NCBI GenBank assembly: GCA_029259115.1
Contig: JAPDJO010000013.1
Location: 1-14,442 of the forward strand
Reading direction: 5' to 3'
DNA length: 14,442 bases
From: Thermoplasmatota archaeon
GTDB taxonomy: Archaea > Thermoplasmatota > E2 > DHVEG-1 > B18-G2
Translations under genes and position numbers: made by a program
In this document: positions 1 to 7,718 of the stretch, piece by piece
Position numbering within the stretch: position 1 is the first letter of the stretch
How the letters are laid out: each line of letters begins with the position of its first letter
The notes under the pieces: model-generated
What the model was told of the DNA's origin: nothing
Seen by the model: the letters and a program-made list of their open reading frames with translations, nothing else
The model's database searches: none

Positions 1-2
1 TA

Positions 3-1205
3 ATTAATGAACCCACCGAGCTGCGAGATGGCACCTACACGTTTAACAGAAGCCTAATCGTTAACTCCTCCTTCTCCATTGTGAATTCACAAGTTGAAAT
101 CAGGGGCGGTGTAAAGCCAATCAAGATAGAAGTCCTTCCAGGCGGCTCGCTGACAATAATAAATTCAACCATATACAAAGCGACTGGCAACTATTATATA
201 GTGGCGAGGAAAGGCTCATCAGTCTTTATCAGTGGATCCGATATTTCAGGAGCTGGCCTCTTCGGCCCGCTGGAGAGAGGCGGAATCTGTATAGAAACTG
301 AGGGTGCAGTCATCCTTAACAGTAAAATACATAATAACTATGATTATGGCCTACTGCTATTTAATGCGAATCACTCGGTAATTGCAAATAACGAGTTTTA
401 TGGCAACGCTTTGGCCATTTCAATCCTAGATTCGTCGTTTGTTGAATTTGACAATAACACGGTGAGGGACAATTATGCAGGTGTACTGGTACGCTCCTCC
501 GGAGTCGAAATAGGAATAGCCGAATTATGCAGGATGTATGAACGTGGTGTTCTTCCGCCTCGGGGAGCCGTAAAGCAGACAATTTCCAACTGTCGTATAA
601 TCAACAATCACTTTGTGAATGTAATGCTGTCGGGAACCAACTTTGCGACGATTGCGAATTCCGAATGCAGCAATGCCTCAGCGATGAATATACTTGTCTA
701 CCGCTCTATAGCTAAGGTATTCAACTGCTCTATTCACTCGGGCTTGATAGGCGCCTTAATTTACGAAAGCCCAATAGTTACATTCACGGGTAACAGAGTG
801 TATAACCATTCTCATATCGGCCTCAAGATATACAAGTGCTGCTCGATGGGCATACTGCACTGGCTGCACCTTGAACCCATCGCAGCCTACTCTGACGAAG
901 GAGACATAAGAATAATAGGAAACCGCTTCGAAAACAACGAATACGGAATTCACATAGACTTTGAGGGAGGCCCAACCGGATACTTTAACCGACACATCAG
1001 AATATCGGATAACACCTTCATGCATAACTCTGTCGGCATATTTGTGAATCGGGCGGTTGGAGAGGTTATACGGAACAACTTTATCGACAACGATAAACAT
1101 TTAGACGGTGGAAAGTATGAGCCTCTCCCAGCGTTCTCAATAAACAACTCTGATTGCGTCGGAAACTATTGGGACACCTATAGCGGAGGCGATGGGTTTG
1201 ATTGA
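3..1205 (+). CDS. Right-handed parallel beta-helix (PbH1/NosD-like) repeat protein; 5' end lies outside the window, C-terminus possibly truncated
   Basis: The frame is open from position 3 (INEPTELRDGTYTFN...), so the GTG at 81 is probably not the start. Repeated I.NN.F..N..GI motifs; terminal IIRNNF..N...GNYWD-type motif typical of archaeal NosD-domain proteins. GC is visibly higher than in the rest of the window. Confidence 0.85.
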   Translation: MNEPTELRDGTYTFNRSLIVNSSFSIVNSQVEIRGGVKPIKIEVLPGGSLTIINSTIYKATGNYYIVARKGSSVFISGSDISGAGLFGPLERGGICIETEGAVILNSKIHNNYDYGLLLFNANHSVIANNEFYGNALAISILDSSFVEFDNNTVRDNYAGVLVRSSGVEIGIAELCRMYERGVLPPRGAVKQTISNCRIINNHFVNVMLSGTNFATIANSECSNASAMNILVYRSIAKVFNCSIHSGLIGALIYESPIVTFTGNRVYNHSHIGLKIYKCCSMGILHWLHLEPIAAYSDEGDIRIIGNRFENNEYGIHIDFEGGPTGYFNRHIRISDNTFMHNSVGIFVNRAVGEVIRNNFIDNDKHLDGGKYEPLPAFSINNSDCVGNYWDTYSGGDGFD

Positions 1206-1647
1206 AGAACCTTTTCTCAACTCCACTAACTTGGCGAAGAAGATCTCTATTTCTAGAAACACGGTTAACAAGATAAGAAAGGATTTGATAGAAAGAGATT
1301 TGATAAGAAAAATTGTGATCCCTAATCTTGATAAACTGGGCTTTGAGATCCTAGCTTTTTATCACATTAAATACAACCCGAATAAGCCACCTAATCAGAA
1401 TGATCTCAAAAAGTTAGAAACAGATTCTACATTTTTTTTAGCCAACAGGAGGTTCGAGACGGTGATGATATCCGCATATCCGACTTACCAAGATTACAAG
1501 GAAGATAAGATGGAAAAGATAAGATATCTAAAGGAGAGAAATCTGATAACTCTGGATCCCCTCATAAGGAAATATATGTTCAACAAGATGAGGGTGATAA
1601 AAGACTTTGATTTCTCGTCAATAGCAAAGAAATTGCTATACCAGTAA
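1192..1647 (+). CDS. Lrp/AsnC-family wHTH transcriptional regulator, probably 5'-truncated
   Basis: HTH STNLAKKISISRNTVNKIRKDLIERDLI is followed by the Lrp-type linker IPNLDKLGFEILAF. The usual first helix is missing and the ORF starts at MGLIEEP. It overlaps the upstream gene by 14 nt. Confidence 0.7.
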   Translation: MGLIEEPFLNSTNLAKKISISRNTVNKIRKDLIERDLIRKIVIPNLDKLGFEILAFYHIKYNPNKPPNQNDLKKLETDSTFFLANRRFETVMISAYPTYQDYKEDKMEKIRYLKERNLITLDPLIRKYMFNKMRVIKDFDFSSIAKKLLYQ

Positions 1648-1676
1648 ATCTCGTATCCATGTTACAACCATACTGA

Positions 1677-2357
1677 TCAAGATAACTGTCGCCATATAAG
1701 ATTAATTCCTCTATTATCGAGACAACCATCTTTAATGAGTTTAGTTAGCTGAAATAGTTTGATAGGTGGGAGGGATGAAATAAATTTGATTTTTATCGGT
1801 TGAATTCTTTGAGTAGTAGGATTGTAAAAGTGGTTCGCTTTATTCTTTGATGTTTTCTCCGCAAGGTATACCTCTACGGGTTCACTGTATGTTCTGTTAA
1901 AAAGACCTACCAAGTTTCTCTCTTCATCATAGACAATAAAACGGTAGATACATCCGTATATAGTGTAATTTCCCTTTGGAAGAGGAGTTCCGTAAGTGTC
2001 TCTACCTGTCCATTTTACACTTAAGAGTAATCGTGTTTCATACGGCTCAAAGAAGTAAGGATGACCCCATGTTTTAACACTACCTGACTCGTAAACAAGT
2101 TTACCATCTTTGTCGTATATTCTAACGCCTACCGGTGGATTTCTCCAAGATTCTAGCCACAGTGTTCTGTTTTCTTTGTTCCTTACATAGACATCGATGT
2201 AGAAACATCTTTTCCCAAAGCGGCACTTATTCACTTCTATAAAAACCTCGAAAGGAGGATTGTCCTTCTGCACCACATGTCCTTTGATTGGAATGATGCT
2301 CAATAATAGAAGCAGGGAGGCAGCAAATACATATACAACTCCAAGTCTGATTTTCAT
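1677..2357 (-). CDS. Secreted protein with BsuPI/FlgD-Ig-like domain
   Basis: Start re-assigned to ATG 2357 (MKIRLGVVYVFAASLLLLLSII, a signal peptide) with TTTAAAAA about 24 nt upstream. Motifs VRIYDKDGKLVY and WTGRDTYGTPLPKGNYTIYG match FlgD-Ig/BsuPI-type folds. Confidence 0.7.
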   Translation of the reverse strand: MKIRLGVVYVFAASLLLLLSIIPIKGHVVQKDNPPFEVFIEVNKCRFGKRCFYIDVYVRNKENRTLWLESWRNPPVGVRIYDKDGKLVYESGSVKTWGHPYFFEPYETRLLLSVKWTGRDTYGTPLPKGNYTIYGCIYRFIVYDEERNLVGLFNRTYSEPVEVYLAEKTSKNKANHFYNPTTQRIQPIKIKFISSLPPIKLFQLTKLIKDGCLDNRGINLIWRQLS

Positions 2358-2380
2358 GGTACACAATAATATACAAATAA

Positions 2381-2432
2381 TTTTTAAATATAACGCCAAG
2401 ACTGAAGGAGACCTCACGATAATCTTTAATAA
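2381..2432. promoter_or_regulatory. Divergent archaeal TATA boxes (minus strand TTTAAAAA 2381-2388; plus strand TTTAATAA 2425-2432)
   Basis: Each lies about 24 nt upstream of the respective ATG (2357 and 2456), consistent with leaderless transcripts. Confidence 0.6.
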
Positions 2433-2455
2433 TAGTTATAGCTTATGCCTCTACC

Positions 2456-2824
2456 ATGCCAGAAGAAATACCTCAGCAGATTCAAGATCAGATTGCAAGA
2501 TTGCAACAGTTGAGATCTCAACTACAAATGATAGTTCAGCAAAGACAACAAGTAGAGATAAGATTGAGAGAACTTGAACACGCAATAGAAGAGGTTGAAA
2601 AGCTAAAAGAAAATGGAGAAATATACAAAAGTATAGGTTCTCTTCTTGTAAGGGTGGATGACAAAAACAAATTATTAAACGATCTCAAAGAGGATAAAGA
2701 GACATACGAGCTCAGAAAAAGTACTCTAGAAAAGCAAGAGGAAAGATTAAGAGAGAGATTAACCGAACTGCAGAATAAACTTGAAAACGCTATAAAATCA
2801 ACTCAGCAGGCGCAGGGCGCATGA
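2456..2824 (+). CDS. pfdB: Prefoldin beta subunit
   Basis: 122-aa coiled coil with central hairpin EIYKSIGSLLV and N-terminal EIPQQIQDQIARLQQL. Confidence 0.95.
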   Translation: MPEEIPQQIQDQIARLQQLRSQLQMIVQQRQQVEIRLRELEHAIEEVEKLKENGEIYKSIGSLLVRVDDKNKLLNDLKEDKETYELRKSTLEKQEERLRERLTELQNKLENAIKSTQQAQGA

Positions 2825-3048
2825 AAAGATATGGATCAAAAACAAGGAAAATATCCATCTCTCTCATTGTAGTAGGCATAATCCTTGCGATTGCCTCTCT
2901 CTTTTTACTGGAATCTGCATTCTTTGAGGGGGTTCTGGCATTATCCCTAGTTTTCATATTTTCTGGATTTATCATTTACGTTGTTATTTACCGAGAGTTT
3001 GAAAAACTAGAAAAGATTGCTGAAGAAGTTGAAAAAGGGAAGATTTGA
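2821..3048 (+). CDS. Small two-TM membrane protein, hypothetical
   Basis: Two hydrophobic segments and a charged tail; ATGA overlap with the pfdB stop. Confidence 0.75.
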   Translation: MKRYGSKTRKISISLIVVGIILAIASLFLLESAFFEGVLALSLVFIFSGFIIYVVIYREFEKLEKIAEEVEKGKI

Positions 3049-3050
3049 TT

Positions 3051-3938
3051 TTATCTTCCGAATCTCCTTTTTCTCTGTTGATAGGTCAGAATGGCCCTCA
3101 GAAAATCCTCCTTCTTGAAAGCCGGCCAATATACATCGGCAAAATACAATTCTGAGTAAGCTAGTTGCCACAGTAAGAAATTTGAAATCCTCTCCTCCCC
3201 AGACGTTCTTAAAATGAGATCAGGGTCAGGTACATCCTTGGTGTAGAGATGTGAGGAAACTGTTTTTTCGTCAACATCCTCTGGATTTATCTTTCCCTCC
3301 CTGACTTTTTTTGCTATCTCTCTTATTGCATCCACTATCTCCTGCCGCCCGCCGTATGCTAGGGCTACATTTAGCACATAATTTCCATAATTCCTAGTTT
3401 TCTCCATTAATTTTCCAGCAGCATCTCTTATATCTTGGGGCAAAAGTTCAAGCTTACCTATAACATTTACTCTTACTCCATTTTTGTGTATTCTCTCATC
3501 GTGATAAGCATCTTCTATAGCCTGTTTGAACAGTTTGAAGAGGATGTTGAGTTCTTTTTTGCTTCTCTTGAGATTTTCTGTTGAAAAAGCGTAGACCGTG
3601 AGAATCTTTATTCCAAGATCAAGACACCATTCCAGAACCTCCTCCAGTTTCTCCTTCCCTCTCATGTACGCCTCTTCTTCGGACAAACCGAGATTCTTTG
3701 CATATCTCCTGTTTCCATCCATTATAATGGCTACATGATGTGGAAGAGGGTTGGATAGAACCTTCTCCTTCAATCTTTTTTCCCTATATCTTTTGATCTC
3801 TCTCTTTACTTTCTTATAGACTGTAGATTCTTCTATCATTTTTTTGAGTTTCTTCCCAACCTCGCTCCTTAGAGCCTTATTAACAAACGCGTATATGCTC
3901 TCTGAAAGTAACGTAAGTATGTTATTCCTTCTTTTCAC
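3051..3938 (-). CDS. uppS: cis-prenyltransferase (polyprenyl/undecaprenyl diphosphate synthase)
   Basis: Motifs HVAIIMDGNRRYA, YAFSTEN, AYGGRQEI, DPDLILRTSGEERISNFLLWQ..YSEL and C-terminal RRFGR. Confidence 0.97.
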   Translation of the reverse strand: MKRRNNILTLLSESIYAFVNKALRSEVGKKLKKMIEESTVYKKVKREIKRYREKRLKEKVLSNPLPHHVAIIMDGNRRYAKNLGLSEEEAYMRGKEKLEEVLEWCLDLGIKILTVYAFSTENLKRSKKELNILFKLFKQAIEDAYHDERIHKNGVRVNVIGKLELLPQDIRDAAGKLMEKTRNYGNYVLNVALAYGGRQEIVDAIREIAKKVREGKINPEDVDEKTVSSHLYTKDVPDPDLILRTSGEERISNFLLWQLAYSELYFADVYWPAFKKEDFLRAILTYQQRKRRFGR

Positions 3939-3958
3939 AGCCTTATCAATTACAACTG

Positions 3959-3992
3959 AATATAATAATCTAACTGGGAAAATCTTTTAATA
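3959..3992. promoter_or_regulatory. Divergent TATA boxes for uppS (minus, about 3959-3968) and the GT4 gene (plus, TTTTAATA 3985-3992)
   Basis: AT-rich boxes 21-30 nt upstream of starts 3938 and 4016; purine-rich BRE-like GGGAAAA precedes the plus-strand box. Confidence 0.55.
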
Positions 3993-4015
3993 TCCTACCA
4001 TGCTCTTTGAAAAAT

Positions 4016-5113
4016 ATGAAAGTAGCTTTAGTAACGGAGTGGTTTGCATCTCATGAAGGTGGAGTAGCATCTCATGTTAGAGAGCTAGCTAGCTGGCTGA
4101 ATGATAAGGATATAGAGGTATGTATAGTTACAAATGAGGTGAAAGATGAAGTTGATATTGATGTTGAAATCATAGAAACGCCTGGCCCAAGGGATCCTCT
4201 TTTTAGATTGAATATTTCACCATCTCTCAAGTCAAGACTCAAAGATGTTTTGAAAGATGTTGATGTTGTTCATTCGCACCATGCATTTTCAAGATTACCT
4301 TTATCCGCGATATACGTATCACATAAACTGGGAATACATTCTGTACTAACGACTCATACGGTTTCTTTTTTACCAGAGCTTGATTACTTCTGGCAGGCTA
4401 TAAGCTACAGTTATCCAAAATACAGGTTGAGATTGAATAAGGTAGATAGAATCATAGCAGTTAGTAACGCTGCAAAGAGATTTATACAGTATTTCACAGA
4501 TAGAGAGGATATACTTGTTATTCCAAATGGTGTTGACATTAAAAGATTTAAACCCAAGGAAAAGAAAGAGTTTGGTAAGAATTTACTATACGTTGGAAGA
4601 ATTGTTCCAAAGAAGGGGCTACATGTTCTACTTTATGCCATGAAGAAGGTTGTAGAGAAGGATGATGAAGTTAAGTTAAGGATTGCTGGAAAGGGCAGAT
4701 TGTTGCCTCTCATGAGATCTCTATCAAGAATGTTGGATATAGATGATAATGTCGAATTTTTAGGTTATGTTCCCGATAAAAATTTGCCAGAACTATATCG
4801 ATCTTCGGATCTCTTAATCCTTCCCTCTATAACCGGAGAATCATTTGGTATAACACTATTAGAAGCCATGGCATCTGGCTTACCGGTTATAGGAACAAAT
4901 GTAGGAGGTGTTCCAGAGATAATCAAGGGATGTGGAAGGATTGTAGAACCTGGCAAACCAAATCAGCTATCAAAAGCTATATTGGATTTGTTAAAAGATC
5001 CTGAGAGGATGAAAGAACTGGGAGAAAAAGGTAGAGAAAGGGTAGAAAAGATATACTCGTGGGATGTTGTTGGCGAAAAGATTCTTCATGTGTACAAGGA
5101 ACTAGTCGGGTAG
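4016..5113 (+). CDS. Glycosyltransferase family 4 (GT-B), PIG-A/PimA-like
   Basis: Motifs MKVALV..GGV..HV, VHSHHAFS, VLTTH, IIAVS, VIPNGVD, YVGRIVPKKG and ESFGITLLEAMASG. ATG 4016 is preferred over TTG 4007 on TATA spacing. Confidence 0.93.
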   Translation: MKVALVTEWFASHEGGVASHVRELASWLNDKDIEVCIVTNEVKDEVDIDVEIIETPGPRDPLFRLNISPSLKSRLKDVLKDVDVVHSHHAFSRLPLSAIYVSHKLGIHSVLTTHTVSFLPELDYFWQAISYSYPKYRLRLNKVDRIIAVSNAAKRFIQYFTDREDILVIPNGVDIKRFKPKEKKEFGKNLLYVGRIVPKKGLHVLLYAMKKVVEKDDEVKLRIAGKGRLLPLMRSLSRMLDIDDNVEFLGYVPDKNLPELYRSSDLLILPSITGESFGITLLEAMASGLPVIGTNVGGVPEIIKGCGRIVEPGKPNQLSKAILDLLKDPERMKELGEKGRERVEKIYSWDVVGEKILHVYKELVG

Positions 5114-5545
5114 AGGTTTTGCTCTTACTATCTTACCTTTTGCCCAACCGTATTCGTGGGGTGTCATCCATTTCATCGTTATAGTATGGCTTTCTCTGTT
5201 TATTTTGAATAATCCGACTATAGGTATCGTTTTATTGCCCGTTTTTATTATCCCATTGAAATAGCACCTCTTCATTACTCCGAATATTCTTCCTTTCTCT
5301 GCGTTGTCTGTTGTATTCCACACTCCTCTGATTACAAATGCTCTTCTTGCTCTTTTTATCTTTGCAGCAAAGTATCCTGCTGTTTCGTTCTCTCCTATGT
5401 ATCCCCATTTCCCTAGTATTCTCAGACCGTGATCGATGTTAGTTCTCATTTTGTTCGCGTCTTCCGTCACTGGCCTAGCTAAAGCACCTGCACACACAGA
5501 TAGTGCTATTATACCAACCATTGCTATCGATACCAGCCTTCTCAT
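5102..5545 (-). CDS. Secreted hypothetical protein, beta-hairpin rich
   Basis: Signal peptide MRRLVSIAMVGIIALSVCAGALA; SD-like GGTGA upstream; repeated G.W...G.F/G hairpin pattern; 12-nt convergent overlap with the GT4 gene. Confidence 0.8.
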   Translation of the reverse strand: MRRLVSIAMVGIIALSVCAGALARPVTEDANKMRTNIDHGLRILGKWGYIGENETAGYFAAKIKRARRAFVIRGVWNTTDNAEKGRIFGVMKRCYFNGIIKTGNKTIPIVGLFKINRESHTITMKWMTPHEYGWAKGKIVRAKPLPD

Positions 5546-5576
5546 CCTATCACCATCATATTCTATAAAATCAAAG

Positions 5577-5620
5577 CTTATATTGTTTTACCGAAATCCT
5601 TCCAAATTCTTTCCCAATTT
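5577..5620 (-). promoter_or_regulatory. TATA box (AATATAAG, 5577-5584) preceded by three phased direct repeats, putative regulator site
   Basis: Plus-strand ccgaaat (5591), tccaaat (5601) and cccaatt (5613), spaced 10-12 nt apart. Confidence 0.55.
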
Positions 5621-6056
5621 ATTCCATACTCAGGTAGAACAGTATAACTAAAGCTATAGTCTCAAATATATTCGACAGGGCACCCAAAAGACCAAACGGG
5701 GGTATGGCTCCGAGTGCGGCATGCAGAATGGGAAGAGATAGAATTGATTGTATGAATAGCACGCCTATAAATATTGATAAACCTAGCATGAAATTGGATG
5801 ATGTTTTTAGGAAACTGCTAATGTAGAGAGCTAATAGGCCAAGCAGAAGGAATATATTTATCGCGACTATAACAGTTTTGAAGATGTATGTCTGTTTTAC
5901 CGCTTCTACAACTTTCCTTCCATACTTCTCTTCTATCCTTTTTTCAATTTTTGAAAAGGTCTTGTTTGCTATAATTGCTCCAAATATTAGTCCAGCTAAG
6001 AGTAAAGCTACTATTATTAGTGTGAATTTAGCTGTTGGATTATCTCTCATGTCCAT
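5619..6056 (-). CDS. Small multi-pass (3-4 TM) membrane protein, partner of the adjacent wHTH regulator
   Basis: Hydrophobic helices ending FETIALVILFYLSME. SD GAGGTGA at 6062-6068 favours ATG 6056 (alternatives are 6065 and 6050). Confidence 0.8.
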   Translation of the reverse strand: MDMRDNPTAKFTLIIVALLLAGLIFGAIIANKTFSKIEKRIEEKYGRKVVEAVKQTYIFKTVIVAINIFLLLGLLALYISSFLKTSSNFMLGLSIFIGVLFIQSILSLPILHAALGAIPPFGLLGALSNIFETIALVILFYLSME

Positions 6057-6071
6057 TTCTCTCACCTCTTT

Positions 6072-6371
6072 CTATTTTATCTTCTTTTTCCCAATTTTAC
6101 CCCAAATCTCATCAAAGAACTCTTTATGTTTCTCGAGCAGGTCAGATGGAAAGTAGACTCTACCATAATCCGATCCCATTGATGTTATCAGATTATTTTT
6201 CTCTAAAACTCTTATGTGATGTCTTACTGTCTTATAATCAAGGTTCAAAACTTTTGATATCTCGTTTGCATTCCTTGGTTTTTCAAATAACAATTCTATT
6301 ATCCTCCCTCTGTTTAATCCTCCAGCGGATCCAGCAAGTATCCACCATAGAAGTCTCTTCACCGCATGCAT
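6072..6371 (-). CDS. ArsR-like winged helix-turn-helix transcriptional regulator
   Basis: KRLLWWILAGSAGGLNRGRII..L.EKPRNANEISKVLNLDYKTVRHHIRVLEKNNLI...YGRVYF is a widespread archaeal wHTH type. Start moved to ATG 6371 (SD GAGGAG; own TTTTATAA box at 6407-6414). Confidence 0.88.
   Translation of the reverse strand: MHAVKRLLWWILAGSAGGLNRGRIIELLFEKPRNANEISKVLNLDYKTVRHHIRVLEKNNLITSMGSDYGRVYFPSDLLEKHKEFFDEIWGKIGKKKIK
6087..6107 (-). repeat. Second copy of the phased direct repeat, inside the regulator's 3' end
   Basis: cccaatt (6090) and cccaaat (6101) are 11 nt apart. The 11-mer tttcccaattt at 6087-6097 is identical to 5610-5620. Confidence 0.6.
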
Positions 6372-6427
6372 CTTTCTCCTCTTTTTAATTGAAAGATGTA
6401 CTTTGATTATAAAACTGCTATCCTTTA

Positions 6428-7687
6428 CTAAGTTCCTTCTTTCCAACTTTCCATATACCTTTTCTGCTCATCCGTCAATTCATCTATTTCTATCCCCATC
6501 GTCTCAAGTTTCAGTTTAGCAACCTTCCTATCTATCTCTTCAGGAACGGGATAAACCTTGTTCTCCAACTTCTCTGCATTATTTATCAACCATTCAACAA
6601 CTAGAGCTTGATTCGAAAAACTCATATCCATGACCTCTGATGGATGTCCTTCCGCAGCCGCAAGATTAACCAGCCTTCCATCAGCTAAAAGGTAAAGCTT
6701 CCTTCCGTCCACAAGATGGTATTCTTTAACGTTTTGCCTTATCTCTTTCCAATCTATAGATTTACTTTCCAAATACGGTATATCTATCTCTACATCAAAA
6801 TGTCCTGCATTAGCTATTATCGCACCGTCTTTTATGTTATCTATGGCTTCTTTTCCAATTACATGCTTGTTACCAGTAACTGTAACAAACACATCTCCTA
6901 TCTTTGCTGCCTCTCTTATCGGCATAACTCTAAAACCATCCATGACCGCCTCGAGTGCTTTTACAGGGTCTACCTCTGTAACTATCACATTGGCACCCAT
7001 TCCTCTGGCTCTCATCGCTAGACCTCTCCCGCACCAGCCATATCCACATACAACGAAGTTTTTGCCTGCCAAGAGTACAGAGGTGGATCTGAGTATACCA
7101 TCTATAGTGCTCTGCCCGGTTCCATATCTGTTATCAAAGAGATGTTTGGTGAGAGCATCATTCACAGCTATTATCGGATACTCGAGTTCTCCCTTCTCAG
7201 CCATTACCCTCTGTCTATTTACTCCGGTTGTTGTCTCTTCTGTTCCTGCAATCACCTCTCCTATCTTATCCCTCCTTTCAGTGTGCAACCTCGTTACCAA
7301 ATCACCACCATCATCCATGGTAATTCTTGGGGATGCATCTATCACGCTGTCTATACACTCATAATATTCCTTCTCGTTAAGCCCTCTCCACGCAAAAACA
7401 TGTATTCCATCCTCTGCAAGAGCAGCAGCTACAGCATCATTGGTAGAGAGTGGATTTGAACCTGCGAGATATACATCGGCGCCGCCAGCCTTGAGAGTTT
7501 TGACCAGAACAGCTGTCTCCTTTGTAACGTGCAGACAACAACCTATCGTTATGCCATTAAGGGGTTTTCTCTCTTCGAAATCTTTCCTTATCTTCATCAG
7601 TACAGGCATGTGCTGTTCCGCCCAGTATATGAGATTTCTTCCTTCTCGGGCTAAATTGATATCTTTGATTTTGTAGTTTTCAGACAT
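6428..7687 (-). CDS. ahcY: Adenosylhomocysteinase (S-adenosyl-L-homocysteine hydrolase)
   Basis: Motifs [69 protein letters not shown]. Confidence 0.98.
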   Translation of the reverse strand: MSENYKIKDINLAREGRNLIYWAEQHMPVLMKIRKDFEERKPLNGITIGCCLHVTKETAVLVKTLKAGGADVYLAGSNPLSTNDAVAAALAEDGIHVFAWRGLNEKEYYECIDSVIDASPRITMDDGGDLVTRLHTERRDKIGEVIAGTEETTTGVNRQRVMAEKGELEYPIIAVNDALTKHLFDNRYGTGQSTIDGILRSTSVLLAGKNFVVCGYGWCGRGLAMRARGMGANVIVTEVDPVKALEAVMDGFRVMPIREAAKIGDVFVTVTGNKHVIGKEAIDNIKDGAIIANAGHFDVEIDIPYLESKSIDWKEIRQNVKEYHLVDGRKLYLLADGRLVNLAAAEGHPSEVMDMSFSNQALVVEWLINNAEKLENKVYPVPEEIDRKVAKLKLETMGIEIDELTDEQKRYMESWKEGT

Positions 7688-7710
7688 GATTTAGAGAGAA
7701 AGGAGAGGGG

Positions 7711-7718
7711 TTATAAAG
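7711..7718 (-). promoter_or_regulatory. TATA box of ahcY, overlapping the upstream gene's stop codon
   Basis: Minus strand reads aaaaactCTTTATAA, 24 nt upstream of ATG 7687. Confidence 0.6.

Noticed and set aside
361-1147. Minus-strand ORFs 361-582, 756-1100 and 950-1147
   Set aside because: Antisense shadows of the beta-helix gene with no recognisable motifs.
2260-2975. ORFs 2260-2577 (+) and 2790-2975 (-), and the extended start at 2417
   Set aside because: They overlap confident genes and promoter boxes; signal peptide and TATA spacing favour ATG 2357.
5436-6388. Plus-strand ORFs 5436-5651, 5878-6156 and 6035-6388
   Set aside because: Antisense to the three-gene module; composition is typical of shadow frames.
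6716-7676. Plus-strand ORFs inside ahcY, including the 176-aa frame
   Set aside because: Antisense shadows of a highly conserved gene.
7691-7710. Purine run agagagaaaggagagggg resembling a strong SD or structural tract
   Set aside because: No plus-strand ORF follows; it is the spacer between the ahcY TATA box and start on the minus strand.
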